A stretch of 62,375 nucleotides of DNA, counting the filler, from Globobulimina sp. (taxonomy: Eukaryota), in NCBI GenBank assembly GCA_003354225.1. It is 24 parts of 24 records of this genome, joined end to end, with 100 filler letters (N's around TTAATTAATTAA, not from the genome) between each part and the next. Parts side by side here need not be neighbours in the genome. Positions count along the whole stretch, not along the records: positions 57,274 to 59,774 come from PIVH01006304.1; positions 59,875 to 62,375 come from PIVH01006305.1; 22 more parts are not named here. One strand, given 5' to 3'. Below are positions 58,362 through 62,375 of the stretch, in pieces (the stretch's first letter is position 1; each line of letters opens with the position of its first letter). The notes below the pieces were generated by a model. That model was not told the DNA's origin, ran no database searches, and saw only the letters and a program-made list of their open reading frames with translations. The translations under genes and the position numbers were made by a program.

Positions 58362-59774
58362 ATGCTGTTTGGTTGTTTATTTTGGAGTACATTATTTGTG
58401 TCACATTATGCCCAAACACCTCCTCAATTAATTGACAGTGTGGTCAAAACAATATTTGAAAAATATGCTTCAGATTGTCGTATGTAATTTATGATTATGG
58501 ATATGGTTAAGCGCATTTATTTTATTTTTTTTATCGTGCACTATAATTAAATTTGAACTATAATTAGGTGGAGCAATTATATTCGATTCAATGTATAAAG
58601 CTACGGCCCAATTTGGAGCAAATGAAAGAAATTATAATACCACACAGAAATTGGATTATGATGCAAATGTATTACCAATATTAAATACTTATTTATATGA
58701 TGATACCTCCACTCCCGGTTATAAGATAGTACACAATCAAACCATCCCATGGTCCTCAGATCCAAAGATTGGAGACAGTGTTGGATTATTTCCAATCACT
58801 TATTTAGATTCTTTATTATATGAATATAGACAAAGTAATGATGCTCAAGTGTTCAATTTTAGCGGCAGAAATAAAACACAATGGCAATTAATATTTACCA
58901 CAATGGATTACTATATATTACAATTCCCGCGGCATTTACCGGATAAATATGGCACTGTCTCCAGATCGTCAGCTGGTTCCTGGGAGAATGAAGAAAATAA
59001 AAATAATAGTTTTCTGTGGGGAGATGACAATCATATGGGCTTAACTTTGCCTGCTCGCTTAGCTCAAGCATTGACATTTTGTGACAAAAATATTGCTAAT
59101 AATTGCAATGGAGTGAATGTTGAAAATAATGTCAGTGCATATGTTCGATTTGTGTATGAACAGAACATGGGATTTCAACAACATTTGCCGTATCCAAATA
59201 GCAGATATAATGCTTTATATGCACATGGTTATAATTTCGCAAGCAATGACCATTCGTGTTGTCCGTGGGGGAGAGTCAATGCGTGGGTTATGATCGCACA
59301 TATTGAAGCTTTAAAAATGTATAAATATTTAAATGACAGTTCCTATGATGGCGAGAGGAGAGATATTTTAGAATTATATGAAAATCAAGCGAATTAAGTG
59401 GCCAGTTTACAAAATACAGAAAATGGGCGGTGGCATCAAATTATTAATGATAGCTCTACTTTCTTAGAAACAAGTGGTTCCACCGGTTTTCTATATGGTT
59501 TCATCTATGGAAGAATTAATAATTTATTACCAACCAATGTTTATAGTTTAGCTGATTGGGATAATAAGATTGAGTTAGGCTGGAAAGGTTTATTACAAAT
59601 TGTTGATTATAATACAGGGATTATATCTGGTGGCTGCGAAGGAACTGGCATTCAAAATGATGTCCAAGCATATAATTCAAGGTCAACTGCGTATTGCAGT
59701 TGTGGCAATCCTGGCGATCCTGCATTTGTTTTAAATGCAATCACCGGATATCAACAATATCTTAATTTTAAGAA
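58362..59774 (+). pseudogene. Secreted glycoside hydrolase family 105/88 with an in-frame TAA at 59395-59397 (3'-partial)
   Basis: Signal peptide; intron 58480-58567; LWGDDNHMG; LYAHG; WGRVNAW; LQNTENGRWHQI; ETSGS; CEGTG. The frame continues directly after the TAA. Confidence 0.75.
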
Positions 59775-60276
59775 NNNNNNNNNNNNNNNNNNNNNNNNNN
59801 NNNNNNNNNNNNNNNNNNTTAATTAATTAANNNNNNNNNNNNNNNNNNNNNNNNNNNNNNNNNNNNNNNNNNNNCATTTAACATATATTAAACCATTCCA
59901 ATTTGTAAAGTAAGGATCATCAAACACGACATCAAGGTGACTGTTTCCCAAAAGATATAGTTGTGAAACATTAATTGTTTTTGATGCATATGTATCACTC
60001 CAAAACACTTTTTTCTGTCTTAAAATCTTTGCATTTTTATCATTTTATCTTCATCATTCCCTCCATGAATTGCCAGATGACATGCGAAACGCACTAATTC
60101 CATAATTACCAGACAATGCAGTCACAATTTAAAATAACCAACCATTATCATTATTTTCAAAACGAACAATAATTTAAAATTTAAAAGGATGGTGAAAAAA
60201 AAAACTTTTCAAAGAGCGAAAAATGCAGTCTTGTAAACACTAAAAACAAATTAAATTTCAACACACAAAATCACAA

Positions 60277-62146
60277 ATGAGATTGTTACCATTTCTAGCT
60301 GCCACCACAATACATTTACTGATCTGTCGAGGAGGTACGTTTATACTGATCGGATATTAAATAATTTATCAACAAACAACATATAATAATATAATTTTAA
60401 AATATATAGCAACACCACCGTCTGCACATATCATTGTCGATGGTTCTATTTATTCGTTAGTAGATAATTTTGTCACACCGAGTGAATGTACATTTGACAC
60501 TGAACATGTTGGCCTTGAAGAGAATCCGGAGGGAATTAACATCGGTGTTGGCTGTTGTAATGACGATGTCCCTCCGCTTGGTTCACGTCCAGACTGTCTA
60601 TACCCCGCAACATATAAGAAAGCTCTCGCACATTGCCAAAGTCAACACCCCTCATTACGATTATGCACAAAACATGAAATATTAGCTGGGGCTGGCGACA
60701 GTACAGGATGCATGTTTGACCATTTCCATCTGTGGACCAGTACTGAGTGTGTCGCATCGCATTACACTGTGGATGGTAGTTCAGGAAACGCGCCGGTTAT
60801 ACCGGATGAGTGTCACTTTGACAATGAGATAGTAAGTATTTTCCCCGGCATCGTCAATGAAATTGGGGTTACTTGTTGTGATAATGGTGCCCCTGTAACT
60901 GGCTCACGACCAGATTGCCTAAGCGGTGTTACGTATGGTGAAGCTTTCAGACATTGCCAAGATCAGGTTCCCTCGTTACGGTTATGTACCATGGCAGTTT
61001 GGTTAACGTTAATTGTGTTTTTTTAATACGTTTGTATGTGTTTGATGTTTGTTTTTGTGTTTTATACATAAATTAAGGAAATTGAAGCGGGAGCAGGCGT
61101 TGGGTCCGGTTGCCAGTTTGATTCTCGTCATAATTGGGTCATTGATGTATGCGTAGCAACCTATTCTCCCACGGCCGACCCTACAAATTATCCAACATTT
61201 GCGCCCACATTACATGTTTTGTTAATGTTTTCCAATACGTTTGTTGCAGTATACAGTACTAACATTTATATATTTTGTTAAACAGCCAACATTTATTCCA
61301 ACTTCTTATCCAACATCTGACCCAACAATCGATCCAACTTTTGATCCTACAAAAGATCCTACCGCAGATCCAACTTTTGAACCAACTTTCGAACCAACAA
61401 TTGATCCAACAAATGAACCTACTTTTGATCCAACAAAAGACCCAACAATTGATCCAACTTTGGATCCAACTTCAGATCCAACCTCAGATCCAACAATTGA
61501 CCCAACTTTTGATCCTACAAAAGCTCCAACAAAAAATCCAACAAATTCATCAATGAAATCAACTCAAATGTCAATCATAACACATTCAAACCATAAAGTA
61601 ATGGATGAATATAAAGCATTAATTATCATACTATGTATTTCATTGGTGTTGATCTGTTCGATTTGTATTGTTTATTACAAGAAACCAAACCAAATAAAAA
61701 TAAAAACACTCGATTTTGGTGCAGACAACAATAATTATATACAATTGCCAGATATGGTTGTTACTGGAAAACCCGTTGAGAATCGTAAAATATTGAACGC
61801 AAATGTGCATGCACCGCCAATTGATCTCATGAATGATGATGGCACTACGAGTAGAAAAGATACTGACGATGATATATATCAACATGCTTTGCCTAATGAG
61901 GCAGATAATTATAATACGGAATCGAGATCTAATTTAATAACGGCAAAGACGACTGATTATGGAGAACCCGATACTGTTCATACTAAATATGATGGATATC
62001 GATTGATGACAACAGTGCATGCGCCGCCAATTGATCTCATGAATGATGATGACACTCAATTATTTATCAATAAAATTGTTCCCACGAATAGAAAAGATAC
62101 GGACGATGATATATATCAACATGCTTTGCCTAATGAGGCAGTTTAG
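60277..62146 (+). CDS. Type I surface protein: two Cys-rich repeats + PTxD mucin-like stalk + TM + duplicated cytoplasmic motifs
   Basis: Signal peptide MRLLPFLAAT; two CC...GSRPDC...TY..A..HC...LRLCT..EI...G[ST]GC.FD...W repeats; introns 60335-60409, 60997-61077 and 61216-61285; TM ALIIILCISLVLICSICIVYY. Confidence 0.85.
61286..61545 (+). repeat. 12-bp coding tandem repeat (PTxD/E, about 21 units)
   Basis: CCAAC(A/T)nnnGA(T/A) units. Confidence 0.9.
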
Positions 62147-62375
62147 GGGTTCTTATATATGTCCTGCATAAATAATTAAATTGTATACCACCTTAACCTG
62201 CGCGCAGAGGCAGAGCTGTCTATATTAATTACTCTGAATTCGCCTAACAAAATAGAAACTTGTGATCGACACTATCCGTAAACCCAATGCGCAAATCCTG
62301 ATTTTTTATTTATACCGAGTCTGAAAAAGAAGCTACAAAATATGGATCTCTACTCCAAGTAAACAGCATACTTGC

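Noticed and set aside
35891-59397. TAA reassignment (ciliate-type code) suggested by two in-frame TAAs
   Set aside because: Many genes end properly at TAA/TAG and long ORFs are free of internal stops. The two cases are on contigs of different origin.
2507-59874. Regularly spaced TTAATTAATTAA repeats every ~2.6 kb as a biological array
   Set aside because: They are embedded in N runs and separate size-sorted contigs; this is an assembly linker. No cross-contig operon or system can be inferred.
61275-61556. Gln/Leu-rich ORF and possible CRISPR-like periodicity
   Set aside because: Alternative frame of the 12-bp PTxD coding repeat; no spacers or cas genes.

Overview
This window is not one locus. 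It is 24 unrelated contigs of 2501-2506 bp, sorted by decreasing length and joined by an artificial 100-bp spacer (N44-TTAATTAATTAA-N44), so it is the short-contig tail of a concatenated assembly or bin. Gene adjacency across spacers has no meaning. About 22 contigs are gene-dense, AT-rich eukaryotic nuclear DNA with short (about 48-140 nt) GT-AG introns and very tight divergent gene pairs. The gene content points to a protist, most likely a foraminiferan (Rhizaria); this is an inference. Recognisable genes include RIC1, TEX9, a UBC12-like E2, an ADAP-like ArfGAP, an NDUFA8-like protein, a TPC-like channel, an alpha2delta/Cache-VWA protein, an RBR ligase, MATH and TLDc proteins, a sulfotransferase, a PhyH-family dioxygenase, GH105, kinases and a highly divergent alpha-tubulin. 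One contig is a Helitron Rep/Pif1 helicase fragment. One intron-less, very AT-rich contig (33856-36358) looks like giant-virus (Nucleocytoviricota, Mimiviridae-like) DNA: cap 2'-O-methyltransferase, VLTF2 with an in-frame stop, and 3' hairpins. The most unusual items are (i) a eukaryotic PDZ-PX-GGDEF-ankyrin protein with a degenerate diguanylate-cyclase fold, (ii) a DOA10/MARCH6-like membrane ligase segment fused to a chromodomain and an HSF-type DNA-binding domain, (iii) the giant-virus contig, and (iv) an ADP-ribosyltransferase-fold protein revealed only after splicing. All family calls come from motif recognition by eye; no searches were run.
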